A stretch of 64,000 nucleotides of DNA from Paramecium tetraurelia (GCA_000165425.1 CT868474.1:124001-188000); one strand, 5' to 3'; shown: positions 13,329 through 29,220, counted from the stretch's first letter. Numbers and translations: made by a program. The notes: generated by a model from the letters alone, not told the origin.

Positions 13329-14168
13329 ATGTTTGCTAATCTTCCTGGAAAAGTAGCCCTGATAACTGGTTCAACAAGTGGTATAGGTTTGTCTGTTGCA
13401 AAGAAATTGGCATCTTAAGGTGTTCACATAGGACTGAATGGGTTTGCAAAACCTGAGGAAATTAGTGTAATCAGAAAAGAAATAGAGAACTAATTTAAAG
13501 TAAAGACCTTTTATCATGGTGCTGATTTGAAAGAAGGCCCTTAAGTATTTTATTTCAATATAGATAGGTTAAAAATATGGTGTAGGAAACTAGGAAAGCT
13601 TTAGGAAGTGTTGATATCTTAGTAAACAATGCTGGAATTCAATATATTGAGTCAGCAGTAAACTTCCCAGAATAGAAATTCAATGACATAATTGCAATTA
13701 ATCTCACAGCAGCATTTCTTACAACTAAATATGCATTACCATAAATGCTTGATAGAAATTGGGGTCGTATCATCAATATTGCTAGTGTTCACGGTAATAA
13801 AGATATCTGAATATTTAGGTTTGGTTGCATCTGTAAACAAATGTGCATACGTAGCAGCAAAACATGGAATAGTTGGATTAACAAAGGCAACAGCACTTGA
13901 AGTTGCCAAAACAGGAGTTACTATTAATGCAGTTTGTCCTGGATGGGTAATGACCAAATTGATTGAGACATAAATCTAATAAAGGGCTGATTAATATAAG
14001 ATATCATTTGAAGAAGCTTAAATTAAATTATTAGAAGAAAAGTAACCTTCTGTAACACCAGTTTAAACTGAATAATTGGGAGATTTGATTACATTCTTGT
14101 GTTCTGATTCAGCTTCATAAATAAAAGGATCTGCATACACCATGGATGGAGGATGGACAGCATAATGA
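13329..14168 (+). CDS. bdhA: D-3-hydroxybutyrate dehydrogenase (classical SDR, bacterial HBDH type)
   Basis: TGSTSGIG, NNAGIQ, GRIINIASVHGLVASVNKCAYVAAKHG, CPGWV, EKQPS, MDGGWTAQ; two tiny introns. Confidence 0.92.
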
Positions 14169-14824
14169 TTTATAAATAATTATGAAAAATTAATAAATCA
14201 TCGTTTTCTATATAGTCTGAATTATAAATTGTCCAAAAATCTTTTTGGAGAGATTAAGAATAATGATGTATAATATGATTGACTTAAATTTTAAGATTTA
14301 TAAAATGAATTTATTAATTGCGAATTATTGTATGTATTTGAATTATATCTGTGCAGATATGAAAACTTTTGATTATGGTGAAAATTATATGTCACTACTA
14401 TGTTTGTTAATAAACGTTAAGAATTTAAGACTAATTCTAGTATATTCTTAAAATGTCTAATTTGCTGAGGACAATACAGTATTTTGTAGATTCCTATTAG
14501 TTCAATGCAAAAGGTAAAATATTTATTTAATTATACCAAAATTCTTTATTAATTTTATTTGCTGCTTAAATGAAAAGGTTTTTTCTAAAACCATTACTGC
14601 CTTATATTAGTTAATTATTAACTTACACTTTAATTGTTCATTATAGATTAATTTTATGTAAGTTTTATGAATAAGCAAAGGTGGGTAGAAGATTTTATTG
14701 AATAATCTGATTTATAGTAAATATCGTAAATTAAATCAAATGTTAAAATATATTAAATTAAGAGATACAACTAAACTATATAAAAGGATAGAATAGTCTT
14801 CATTAAATAATTAATTATTTAAGT

Positions 14825-16992
14825 TCATTTCCTCATTCTTATTTACTTTCTCTTTTTCTCATTATTTTCACCTATGCTTAAGATTTAAGATTGCGAGATC
14901 TACTATGAACTTCTTGCATCTTATCTATTATTGCTACTCATCAATATTGGAAGATATTCTAAGATGTCATCATAACTGGGGATTTGAAACATTTTAGGTT
15001 AGTACATAACTTATTCATTCTATTCCAAATCCCTCCTTTTAGTTTTGTTATATTTTTATGATCGCAATTTCTTTAAATATTAAGAATAGACACTCATCTC
15101 CTTCAAAAATGTCCTTAACACTGCCTTGCTGTAAGAATTCATAAATTCTGTTAGTAGAATGCTATCATTAGGTATCAATCACATACTTATAATTCTCTTG
15201 ATTCTAAAGTAAAAAGATATATTGCTAATACATCTCCTTCTTTTTCTAACTTAATTGATTATAATTTTTAAGTAGTTATTCTTTAAAATACTTCTACCAA
15301 ACACCCCCCAATAATTTTTTATAGTTTTTGAATCTCAATAAAAACTCTTAAACAAGTTATCTGATTTTTTAAATCTTGAGATGAGTACTGACAACTTGAT
15401 TTTTGAAATGGTGGAGTTCAGCTCTTTATTTTAGAAAGGGCACAATTTTTTAAATGTGTTCTTAAACTTACTTCTAATAAACAGCTCTACAAAAGCATTA
15501 TGAAGCCCTGATTATAGAATAATTTATTTTACAGTTTAACATCGAAAAATACTCTATCATACAATGTCAATCCTTTAATTGCAATTAATCTTTTATGAAT
15601 TCTTTTCATGATTCTTTTAACTTAGAATGCCATCAAAGTAGATTGATTTTAAGCTTCGATTTTGTGTTAGTAAACGTGGAGTATCCTACTACTTATTAAA
15701 GCCATATAAATGAAATTTAGCCAATGATGACATACTTTATTTTTCAGTGTTTTTTTGGATTGTACAAAATTAGATCTTTGTCTTAATATTTTACCTAATT
15801 CTCTGGTTTTTTGTTCATATACTTTTCTTGATTGTTCATTTTAATTCAACTATTTCTTTCTAATCAACACATCTTCTATTCTATTATCAGATTGTACTCT
15901 TTTCAATTCTCTAAAACTCTTTTATTATTCTTCATTATATTCTACCACCTTTTAAATGTTTTCCTTTATCAAATCCTTGAATATTCCTCTTTGTCTTAAC
16001 CTTTGTTTCCTTCTTTTCTTAATTTCAGCCACTTGTGCTAACAGAAAATCAGAATTCATTCTTTCTAACTATTGTTGTTAAGGATTTTAAAGAAACATGG
16101 ATTCAGTTTCCATCTTTTTTTGCATAGTTTAAGGTCTTTTCATCATTCTTGAGCCAAATTAGTATTTTAGTTTTACCTAAGTATCTAAATCACACACCAT
16201 ACTAATGTAAATATAATCGCAATGAAATATTTTAGACTCATCCACCTTATATTTCCATCCCTTAACTGATATTATCTAATCACAAGAGAAATTGGTCGGA
16301 AATGGATTGACAGAGGATACAAATATTTTAAAGTTTGTGCTCTCAATTTGATTCATGTAGAATTATAATGGAACTGGCTGCATTTTGGATCTAATCTTGT
16401 AATAATAAAATTCCATCTATCTCACTGATTAGACATTCCATAATTCAGGTTATAATTCAATAGGGTGCTTTGGAAAAACTTGTAAATATCTTTTATACCT
16501 TATCATGCTAATAGTTAATAAGGGTTTCTCCAAAACTCAGCTGCTGACTGTTTACTTGAATTGGTTACTCAGTTTGCTCAATACGAAAGTCAAGCACCTT
16601 GTCCCTCTTATAACAAATCCATTTTACTCGGCCTGAGAAATAAGTTGCATTCTCCTTTGATAATCTGGTGTCATCTTCTGAGTCAAATAGGCCATCTAAT
16701 TGAGGATCTTCGATCTGGGCTTAATTGAACTAGCAGTCTTTGGGGGTTTTTAGCTGCTCTCACGAAACAAGTCATTATCAGAGTCTTCACTAAACAGACT
16801 CTACTCTTTAAACATATCTGTTTTATATTTCTCTTAGCCACTGGGAGTGTTGCACAGAACCTGCGACTTCACTTTCATGTGTCTACTAGATTTTTATTGT
16901 AAGGATGATTTTTGACTAGACTCGAGAACACTTTGTGAAAATAACAAATTTCGTTTAGTGGCCGTTCTGCTTAAGACTTACTTATTTAGCAT
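14825..16992 (-). CDS. Hypothetical protein (basic, coiled-coil-rich)
   Basis: ATG at 16992 (MLNKQVLSRTATKRNLLFSQ), long code-6 frames joined by tiny introns; probable TGA at 14825. Confidence 0.6.
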
Positions 16993-17108
16993 AATAAAAT
17001 TAATAAATTGTAATAATATAATATAATCCCTCAATTGAGTTTTTGTTAATTAAAATCTTCGAATAAGATACAAACAAGTGATGCTAATAAATAAAAACAA
17101 ATAAACAA

Positions 17109-17910
17109 TCATAAACATATTGCGATGTAGGTGTTTACTAGTGCTATACAAAGAAAAGTAATGCCCGCAAGAAAATTGAAATTTTTCTCAGACAACTTAT
17201 TTGCAATCAATTTTCCGCCATGGACTGCAATGACAGTACAAATAAAGTGGGCTACTATGGCACCTAAGAAAATGTAATAGGGGTTGTAGATAGCTGATAG
17301 ACTAATGGTTGTAATTTGGCTTTTATCTCCCCATTCTCCCAAAAGCGTTAAAGTAAAAGCCTACCAAACCACCTATTAGAATTGTACTTATATGAAATCT
17401 AGGGTCCATATCGAGATTCTTACTTTTTGTTACGTTATCGTTAACTTGATCTGTCTCAGGATCTGGCAAATTCATCAACTTTTTATCCAAGGTGCTTAAC
17501 TCCTACTCAACCTCTTGCAAATCTTCCTTCTCCTTTTTCATGGTGTACCAGGTGTAGAGAAACTTAATTCCGAAACCATAAAAAACCAAGGAAACCAGAA
17601 TTTGTGCATATAGGATTGAAATCAACTCAGGAATCACAAGTCCAAAAATGGTGCTTAGGGTGGTGATGAGAATAAGGGCGAGAGTGGAGCCAATTAACAC
17701 TGCTATTCGATTATATTTAATTGACATTATGGCGGCTAAGAAAAAGGTCTATTGTGGTAATTGTATATCATATATTACCTTATCTCCCAATTCGGTCACA
17801 ATAATCGAACTAAATGATTGGGATAAACTCAGTATTATTGAATCGCTTCCATCAAAGCATAAAGTCCGAGCTATTAGAATGAAGAAGAATATTATGCCAT
17901 TACATTTCAT
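17109..17910 (-). CDS. GDT1: GDT1/TMEM165 (UPF0016) Ca2+/Mn2+ transporter
   Basis: Both family motifs present: ELGDKTF (split by an intron) and EWGDKSQ; signal peptide plus transmembrane helices. Confidence 0.95.
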
Positions 17911-18193
17911 AATATAAATAATTCTTCTTAATAATATATTTATATTTTTTATAAAATTATCTTATTATTTATTCCCATTAGGAACATATCTTACTATTAT
18001 AAGATTAAGTCTTGCAACCTTGGTCGTATCTGTGCTCAAGATTCTCAATATTTCATTCTGAGTCGAAGAACAAGGGAAAATTATATTTCTTAAAGTATTT
18101 TAATAAATTATTAAGTTGTGAAAGGGGCTTAAGGAGTAATATGAATTTATTTTAATATTAATTAGAATAGTTAATAAATATTCTAAATACAAG

Positions 18194-19385
18194 ATGAGCA
18201 TCCAATAGTTTCCAAATTATTACCCTTATGTCTTAGAACCTTAAGTGCCATTTTAAGGAGAGATCGAACAACAAAGTATGGCAATAATGCATTATTAATT
18301 CAGAACAAAGCTCCAGTTCAAATTACAATGAGTTTAACTTTATCCATCAGAATTTTCATCCTACAGCATACCCTCATTATTAATTCGAGTACGTTCAGGA
18401 CCACGAAATCCCAAGTTAAATAAAGAATAAAAAAAATAAAAAGAACAAGTAATTAAATTATGTATTGGCAACAGGTCCAACGATTAAAAGGGGTTGTTGC
18501 CCAAAACCTTGGAATCAGAAAAACAGGTGGTTGAAGATCTTTAACAAATGGCTGTGTAATAACAAGGGGAGCAGATGTAAATTACTAAATTAATTTCATT
18601 CAAGGCTAAAGCCAATAACTCCATACCCAGTTCTACATTTCGCACAGGGGAGTCCCATGCCAAAGCTCCAATCCGATTTAGTTTCTAATCAACAAAATGA
18701 GGGGGCAGTATCCCAGGAGGGTTCTCAATAAACGTAAAAGTAGAAAGGATAGAATCAATTAACTAAGAAACCTAAAAAAGAGAATGTAAATACTGGCCAT
18801 TGGTCAACTGATGAGCATACCACTTATATCCAATTTCTACAATAGTATGAGAATATTATGACATCTTCAATGATGAAGAAAACCTCTAAGATCTTCAAAT
18901 AGATGAGTGAATTGATTGGAACCAGAACTCCTAGTTAATGTAGGAGCCATCATTAGAAATTCAATCCCTATGCATTGAGAGGAGAAAACGGCAAACGCCT
19001 ACCAAGAAGTGAAAGGAGTCGAGCTGGCAGAAAGAAGAAGAACCCACAATCTGATTTGCCTAAGGCAGGTATTGAATTTCAATGAATAAAAGAGGAAGCC
19101 AATTTGATTTTAAATTATGAAGCTGCCGATCCTTACTATTTTATGTTGTTAGAACAATAGAAATACTACTACGCAGGTTTACATTAGGATTACTGGAACT
19201 AAGGATAGGAAATAGAATAGAACTAGAATATCAAGAAGGAAGAAGAAGTCGATCATTTACATCATGGATAAATGTAATAGCCAGAATTTGATGAATATTT
19301 AAGATATAGTTTCCAAAGGAACTTAAATCATCAGGATTACAATTTTGAAGTTAGAAATTAGACAATAAATGATTTATTAATATGA
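18194..19385 (+). CDS. Myb/SANT single-repeat DNA-binding protein
   Basis: NTGHWSTDEH...FKQMSELIGTRTPSQCRSHHQKF (SHAQKY-like class); TGA at 19383-19385. Confidence 0.85.
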
Positions 19386-19706
19386 TAATTATAATAATTG
19401 ACATATAAAATTTAAATATTATATGAAGTCTTCAAATTAATAGTACAAATGAATAAACCAATTATCACATATATAAAATTATGATATACTTCTAGAATTA
19501 CATTTATAAGATAAAAATTATTATTCTTGATTAAAATTTAATCATACATATATACTACTAAAAAATAGAGAGAACAAGATCTATCAAATCTTTCTTAATA
19601 GAATAAGATATCGGAATGAGAAGGAAATTGTTGATAAATATATTCCATGTTATATAGATTGACTGATATGTGTTATAATTATTACAACTATTTGAATATT
19701 TAATTA

Positions 19707-21864
19707 TCAAACCAGTTCTTAGAAATTTAATTTGTCAAGATGTTCGAACTCTTCATTCAATGTCACTTTTCTATACATAAATCTTGTGGCTGGTAGATTA
19801 TTTCGATCTTCAGCATCTATAAATCATAGTAAATTATAAATTACTTTTTTATGCTATTCTATCATTATAATTTTCACCAATCCAAAATTCTTTAATTTCT
19901 TTCTCAAAACTGCTCTACCTAACAGAATTTCTAGCTAATTCTGCTTGATCTATGGCTGATAAATCAAAAATTTATGATGCTATTGCATACTCTTCTAACA
20001 AAGGCTCATTTGTCAGATGTAATATCAAGGGATCATCTGTAGATAAACAAACATTCAACCCAATTTAAAAGTACTTTTAAAAAGGAGATTTCTAATAACG
20101 ACAAAACAATTTGTTATTTGAAACAGGTGACATTGCTATTCCTATCTATTTTAAATAAAACAAGTATTCCAAGACTGGAGACTTTTACAACTCCAATCCA
20201 TGATTTATACCATCAGATACTAGATAGGCTGTGGCTATATGATCAATATTACCAGCTTCTCCACAATGAGGTCGAAATTTAAAAGTATTTAGACCTCTCT
20301 ATTTTCTTAAGGCATTTAGAGTATATAAATTTGCGTAGATATAATAAATCCAATAAGTATATGGTGGATTACGATCTCCAGCCCAATCCTTAGGAGACTA
20401 TTTTAGATCTGAAATTGCAAAGTATTCATACAAAGATTCATCATCCACTGTGTCAAAACCTGTTATTTGGAATAATGCTTGATATAGAAATGGATCTATT
20501 GTAGGATTAATTGTAATATCAAACAATGGTCTAAATAAATTATCAATCATATCTTAGAAACAATGAATCATGCCAGATTTTTTATAAACACTATAGAGTC
20601 TAGGAATTTATATCATCCATCTAACTTTGGATGAATAGAGCTTGTGCTTTATAAGCCATTTTCCCAGCTTATGCCATTCCTCCATAGATTTTCCATATAT
20701 GGATACTCTCCATTCGCATCCAATATATTGTTGCTATTCCAATTAATCCATCAATTCCTTGGTCAAATCTGCAAGATATTTGCCTTTAATATAATTATCA
20801 GTTTTCAAGAATATCTCTCTTAGTTTAGGAGTACCCAAAGGATTATATTTGTTATTAAATCTATCAAACCTTTTATAGATTCCTTTGTCTGCTTGCACAT
20901 CCAGAGAATTCAAAGATAAATCAACTGGATCGACACTTATATTTTTGAAGATATCTTTTAAACAAATCTTAGTTCCATCCTTGTTGATATCTACATGATC
21001 ATCACCATTTTTTTCATATTTCCTTTATATGAATTCCAACAAATGTTTTGCACTCATTGCTGCTGAATGATGGATGTGAGTGTCTACTTTAAATACATTA
21101 TAAAAGTCTCTTCTTATAATATTTTTTTAATCTTATTATTCATTTTAGTGGTTGAAACTAATATTGATAAAATATTTACATTTCATGCATTTAAAACTTT
21201 TATTCTAAGAATTTGAGTCTGTCGTAACAAAAACTAGCAATTGAATTATTACCAACACATTTCATTAGATTAATTAAATCGCTTATAAATTGTAACATAG
21301 TTGGTACAATTACATCAATAATATCACCTGACTTCGTAAAAATGATTCCATTTTCTTGTAGAACTTCAGTATTCTCTAAAATGGGTAATACATCAACCCT
21401 TCTATTCCAAATAATGAATGGTTCATTTTTTGCATTATGTTAAACGAATTTACTTGAGATCTAACTTTATTCATGTCCATCAAATGAGTAATAGTCTCTT
21501 AATTTCAGAATTTCAAGGATCTTGGATGCTGATTCTCTTGACTCTTTTGTTTTTGCTCCCTTGTATGGTTTTCCAGGTTTAATTTGCAATATATCGAAAT
21601 CCAAAGCCTCCTTTATTTCATCATCAGCTGTGTCACTAATCCTTCTGTTGGTTTTAGCAGCATAACCGAATTAATTACCAAATACAGTTTTTTACTATTT
21701 TTAGGATCGATTCATACATTCTTTGTCTCATCTCTTACTAATTTTAGATCAAGATATTAGGTTTATAGATTTTTATTTTCAGCAACATATTAAATAGATA
21801 GTCCTTGAGCATCTGGTTCTATTGAACCTTACCTCTAACTTGATCTCCTTTAAAATTCACTCAT
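19707..21864 (-). CDS. AMPD: AMP deaminase
   Basis: [56 protein letters not shown]. Confidence 0.97.
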
Positions 21865-22728
21865 ATATTTTAATTAAATATGTATTCTTAAATGATTAAT
21901 TATCTGAGAAAATAGATAAAATCTAAATGGTACAGTATATGATAAGATAGTAGAATGTTATTAGATGTATAATAATCTTATAAATATATTCAAAATTTGT
22001 AATTTTGGAATGATATTAAATTGATATTATTTGTACATCTACTCAATCTAGTAAAACATAATATTGTTTTGTAGAACAGATAATTTTATATTTGTGAGAT
22101 TCGATGAATAAATTTGAATTTCTTAAGAATTTATAATTTTGGTTTTCAATTTACCTTTAAACTTATCATATTTATAACCTGCCATTTTAGAATTGATATC
22201 TGAAATGATTCGTTTTCAATTGGAAGATTTGAATTGATAATAATTAATTAAAGAGTAAATGAGTATTTCATCCATATTTCCAGTGACAAATAAATAAATT
22301 TAATATAAATAGCTAAAAGAAAGCTACAAAATTTCAACTTTTGTTAATGAATATTCTCCATCTTCATGAAACTATAGACACAATTAATTAACCATCCTTT
22401 TTTAGTTATTTTTCGTTAGCTGCAATTTATTCTCAAATTTCCTTATTTAAAACAATCTGTTCTAACCAATCAGAAATAATGTTAAACTTCTGTATGTACT
22501 TTTTTGAATATGATATTGGTTATTTTTATTACTATTTTGTGATTCTCTACTTATGATCATATGATATCATGGCAAAAATAAGTTGGGCACCAAATCTACT
22601 AAATAACATAAGAATTATTTTGAGAATAGCATTGAGATTCAGTCTTAGAAGAGGAGGTTTTTATTGTAATCGTATTGACAATTGGCTAATGAGATTTAAT
22701 TTTTAAGAATATCATCTGCTTTTAGTAA

Positions 22729-23744
<1,016 letters not shown>

Positions 23745-23771
23745 TGATATTAATAATTATATAATTCAAAA

Positions 23772-26130
23772 ATGTCATTAAGAAGTGTTGTCGAAATTGT
23801 AACTCATGTGGAGAGTTTTAGAAATGTTGATCTCTATTACTAAGGTGTATATTTTCTAAGAATCACTATTCATAATGATGCTCCATAAGATGTAGACTCA
23901 TTTAATACATTTTTAGGCGAACAAAATCTATGCCCATCCACATGACCCTTGCGAATCCTATAAGACCTATCCACAAGAGGCTTAGCAGAATGTCAATCCT
24001 CCAAAATACTACGAAACTCACATTTTTAGACCAGCCTCCATAGTTACATCCAATTCAGCATTTTATACTAAAGCATTTTTCATCAAGTTTTGTGAAGAGG
24101 AAATTGAACTCAACGATATTTGCAATTTCAGAATTGAATTCGATGCTGGTCCTAAAAAGGAACAATCATTAATCATGTAGGTTGATTTAATGTTCTTTGA
24201 TTGTTTGAATTCTTAAAAGGATCAACCAAAGCAAGAACCACTCTATACAAAATAAGATAAGGAAGATTACGCCATTCCTGATGGTAAAATTCAAGCCACA
24301 GCCAAATTTAAAATCAAAAATGTATTACTACCTAATCATTAATTTGTACCAATCATTTTTGAAGAACAAAACTTTTGTTAAGCCAACATGGTTGTACATA
24401 CTATAACCTTGGATTATCGTTTTCGAACTCATCCCATTTAGTTATTTTAATTTGCAAGACTCAAGTTTGAAGAACGTAATTAATTGCTCGAAGGGAAAGT
24501 GCCAAGCACTCTTGATAAAAACAAAAATCAATCCAAACCCTTAATAAATTCAGATCAAATCTCAATGTATGAAACCATATAAAAATAATTCAAAGAGATG
24601 AAGGGACTAGATTATTACAGTATGCAATAAGAATTTGTGGAAAGCTTAAAAGGCTATTACGAATAACTTTACTAACATTATAATTTGATATATTCCAAAT
24701 GTATTTTAGAGAAGCAAAGAAAACACTTCAAAAAGTATCTATACCCCCCACTTAAATTAATTGTTCCTGAATACATCACAAGTGAAACCTATTAAAACGT
24801 AAAGGGGTAACTAACCAGAAAGGAGTTGAATTAAAGAATAGAGGAGAAATTCCATACTGCAGATCCTGAGACTATCATACATTCAATTCTAAATGAAACC
24901 AATTTGATCAGTTGTCAACTATTCTAAATGTGGATCAAAGTACTTGATTTGTATCGAATCAGTCCAAGATTTTGTGTTGCATTATTACAATTTGATTACT
25001 AAAAAATCATTAAGAATAGGTGGTAACAATTTTGTATTAAACAACCACCCTAATAGTTATTGGACAAGAATTTGGGAATTGAACATAAAGCCAAAAGTGA
25101 CAAAATGAGATAAGAAAACAAAGTGCAAGAATTAGGTGTTGAAGATCTAAATTCCTTCCCTAAATTGGAGACTTAACCAATCATCTTTGAAGAGTTTACT
25201 GCTAGAGAAGATAAGGACAAAAATGAAGAAAATATAGTAGATGCGGACATAACCAATAGTGAATATGATATAATGTCATATAGAGGCATTCATTTAATCG
25301 TGCTTGTTCATGGATTCTAAGGAAATTCATATGATATGAAATTATTTAAGAACTACATCTCATTAGCACACCCTGAAGCTATGTTTTTGTGTTCATCAAT
25401 AAATGAGGAAAACACTGAGGGCAACATCCAAGAGATGGGGGAGAAGCTAGCCACTGAAGTGATTAATTTCATATCTGAAAATTGCCCAGAAAATACTCTA
25501 GGCAGATTAAGCTTCATAGGACATTCTTTGGGTGGAGTGATAATCAGAGCTTCAATGCCTTATCTTGATAAATACCAAGACAAAATGTATACTTACATTA
25601 GTCTTTCATCTCCACAATTAGGTTACTATTACAATGCTAGCAAAATTGTTGATGCTGGTATGTGGGTATTGAAACAATGGAGAAAAAGCAAATGCTTAGA
25701 ATAGTTACAAATGACTGATAATCGTAATATTGAAGAAACATGTCTCTAAAAACTGGCTTAGGCAAAAGGTTTGGCTTGGTTTAAGAATGTGTGCTTCTTC
25801 AGTTGCATCTAAGATAGTTATGCTCCTTACGATTCTGCCAGAGTCCAACTCTCAAAAGAAGCTCTTGAAGATCCAGTATGCATATATCTATAATCAATTT
25901 AAGGAGAAATAAACCATATGTTTAGATGGTCAAAGCATTATTGAGACATCTTGAGAACACAAATGTTTATCGTATTGATGTTAATTTTGAGATTTAAGAA
26001 AAGTAACTTTATTTCGATATTATATAGAAATCTTGACACATTTATTGGCAGAACTGCTCATATTTAATTCTTAGAATGTTAACCCTTGTTAAGAATGATT
26101 GTTAGTCTTTATGATCAATTCTTCTGTTGA
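23772..26130 (+). CDS. FAM135: FAM135 / DUF676 putative serine esterase (alpha/beta hydrolase)
   Basis: N-terminal VESFRNVDLYYQGVY; HLIVLVHGFQGNSYD; SFIGHSLGGVIIR nucleophile elbow; QDSYAPYDSAR; IGRTAHIQFLE. Confidence 0.92.
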
Positions 26131-26219
26131 AAATTATCATTTATTAATGGTTAATTAATAGTGAATATTATCTATTATATAATGACATCAGTCTCAATTG
26201 ATAATTCGCATTAATTTTA

Positions 26220-27189
26220 ATGTAAAGAATTCAAACCCTTTCCAATTAGTTCAATCCAACAATCGCTCCCCCTGCTGGCAATGTGACCTATCCTTGGGTT
26301 ATGAAGTACCCTGACTGTTTTCCATTCGAATAGGTCGGCAATCTTAAAGGCAAAACTGTGATAATCAGTGGAGGATCAAGAGTATATCCAAATGTTATTC
26401 ATTCCTTAGGGTATTGGATTGGCTATTGGAATAAGAGCTGCCAAGGATGGAGCTAATGTTGTCATTCTTGCCAAAACTGTAGACCCCCATCCTAAGTTAC
26501 CAGGTACAATTGCTTCAGCTTGTGCAGAAATTGAAAAAGCCGGAGGCAAAGCATTGGGAATTCAATGTGATATCAGATTTGAGAAGGATATTTAAGCTGC
26601 TGTAAAAAAAACTGTTGAAACCTTTGGTGGAATTGACATAGTTGTGAATAGTGCTAGTGCAATATCACTTACAGATACAGAATCTACAGACATGAAGAAA
26701 TATGACTTAATGCATCAGATCAATACAAGAGGAACATATTTGATGAGCAAGACTTGCATTCCTTATCTCAAGAAATCCTCTAATCCTCATATTCTTAATT
26801 TGTCACCACCTCTCAGTATGTAATCCAAATGGTTTGCTCCACATTTAGCCTATACAATGGCTAAGTATGGAATGAGTATGTGTGTTTTAGGAATGAGTGA
26901 AGAATTCAAGGGTTAGATTGGAGTAAATGCCTTGTGGCCACGAACTTCGATTGCAACTGCAGCAGTTCAAAATGTTCTAGGAGGAGACTCTATGATGTAA
27001 GCATCTAGAAATGTGGAAATTATGGCTGATTCTGCACATGTGATACTAACAAGTTGTCACAAAAAGACTACAGGAAACTTTTTCATTGATGATGAGGTTT
27101 TGGCCAGTGTGGGAGTAAAAGATTTTAGCATTTACAGATGTGATCCTAAGTTCACTGATTCATAATTAGCACCTGACTTCTTTATTTGA
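26220..27189 (+). CDS. HSDL2: HSDL2-like short-chain dehydrogenase lacking the SCP2 domain, with PTS2-like N-terminus
   Basis: GGSRGIGLAI, AKTVDPHPKLPGTI, NPHILNLSPPL, YTMAKYGMSMCVLGM, VNALWPRTSIATAAV, GNFFIDDEVL. In-frame ATG at 26220 gives MQRIQTLSNQF; an alternative start at 26182 needs two extra introns. Confidence 0.93.
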
Positions 27190-27513
27190 GATGATAACAA
27201 TATTCACAATCAATTTAATATTTAATCAGTTAATAATATATATTTTTCATTATAATTTACAATATTTAAATTTTGTTTTCTTTAATTAAAAGTTTTTATA
27301 CAAATTTTTATAGAATTGTAGAGTCAAACAGGATTCTGTTTGTTGTTATAGACTTCATTCTAGAAATAGTTGAGATTGTTGTATATGTGTGCAGTGTCCT
27401 GATTGCTCAGATGATTTTAAGTAAAATCTTAATTCTGCTTGATTCGTTGAAGAATCAATTATTTAAGTTCTAAAAAATTAAGACTTTTTTCATATTTTTA
27501 AATTAATAAACTT

Positions 27514-29084
27514 ATGGAAACATTGCATAAACAATTAGATGTAATTAGTTTCTGTTAGGAAATAGGTCTCAGTCTTTTCATACAAGCCAGACTTCACTGA
27601 TAAATCAAAAATTATGTACAATATTTCGATTACTTTTGAAAACCAGTCCTGGATAATTACTAAAAGGTTGTTGTCTTTATTGACTTATTTAGATATTCCG
27701 AGTTTGATGATCTTTAAAAATAATTAAAGGTCTGTTTTAAAAATTAGCTGCCAGAGTTACCCAAAAAAACATACACATCCTTCTTGTTCTCAAAAACACA
27801 CGACGATATTGAGTAAAGAAGAGTTGGACTCGACAAATTCTTGAAGGTTTGCAATCCTATCTATCATTAGTTGTTAACTTCAAAATAGGAGATTCTTTCT
27901 TCCAATCAACTGAAAGAATTCCTATAATTAGAAGAACACGCCAAAATCTTGGTTGTGAATTAGCCACAAATTGTGCACGAATTTTGTGGTTTCTTGCATG
28001 GGGTCAGAGACTTCAACCTTTGTATCGGATAGGGAATTTTGTTCGTTGTGAATTCAGATTATTCTATATTCAATCGACTTGATGCCTATCTGACAAATAT
28101 GAAGGGGCCTTGGGAAAAGGAAGATGGACAGCAGGCAGTGATGCCTGTCGGATGCATTGAGTGTTGGATTCAATAATAGGATGGACTCTATACACGTTAA
28201 TGGGCGAAGATGTATAATTCACAGGCAATCTGTTGTTTTTGGGATCCCTCCTCCTTCGTCTTGTTAGTAGGGTAATTCTATCAATTATATCCCATTTAGC
28301 CTTGACAGTGGTTCGATTAATTATCTTGAAGTACCATATAGTTAGGGTTTCAAGAAATGTGAAACTGACGCGGAGATTCAGTAGCACTCCAGCAAGGTTA
28401 CAGGACTATATTATGACAATGAACGATGCTTAATCCATTCCGTATCCAAAGATAAAAGATATAAAATAAGAAATGCCGTTAAATCAATACTCATCTATGG
28501 TACTGTACCCTAGCTATATGTAGATAATGAAATAAGTCCATACGAATTAACTGATTTGGTGGTCAGCAAGTCTCGCAGAAAGTCCTTCATCTCTGACAAG
28601 AACGGATTTATTTATATGTTTGATGTTAGTGAAGTATTAAAATCTTAAACTTTAGGATAAAGTAGTTTAGTTGAATTTCATAAATACCAATATAAGACTC
28701 CTAAGATGTTTGAAGTTAGATTCAAGTCAAAATCTTCTGATGGCCATTGGTCAGGAGACTGGAGAGATTGTAATGGTGGATATAGGAACAATTAAATCTG
28801 AAAAACAGCTTAGATGGATTGGTCAAATAAACACAAAAGTCAAGGGATATAAGTTTTGTTGGTCCCAAAAACGTAAAGAGCTCTTTGTTGGAACTAGTGA
28901 CGGTACTGTTTAGTTTTGGGATTACGATACAAAATAACTAATATTTGTAATGAAAGCTCATGATTCAGAGATCACATAAATGTAATGGATCGAAGAGGAT
29001 CAGCATTTATTGACTTCAAGTAGAGATAAGGAAATCAAAACATGGTTATTACCTTTACATTGGAGGAATCAATAAGTCAAATGA
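27514..29084 (+). CDS. PX domain + WD40 repeat protein
   Basis: WIITKRYSEFDDL...LPELPKKT...IEQRRVGLDKFLK (PX); C-terminal KAHDSEITQMQW...LLTSSRDKEIKTW (WD40). Confidence 0.85.
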
Positions 29085-29220
29085 AATTAATTCTCATTAA
29101 CTTTAGTAATAAATTAGTATTATCATATATATATATAAATGAGTGTCCATTACTATAATTTTTATACTTACTTAATAATATTATTATATGTCTAAATTAT
29201 AATCAAAATATGATATTAAT

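Noticed and set aside
14245..14451. 68-aa ORF downstream of BDH
   Set aside because: Starts at TTG, has no motif and lies in AT-rich DNA; at most a pseudogene remnant with one intron-like segment.
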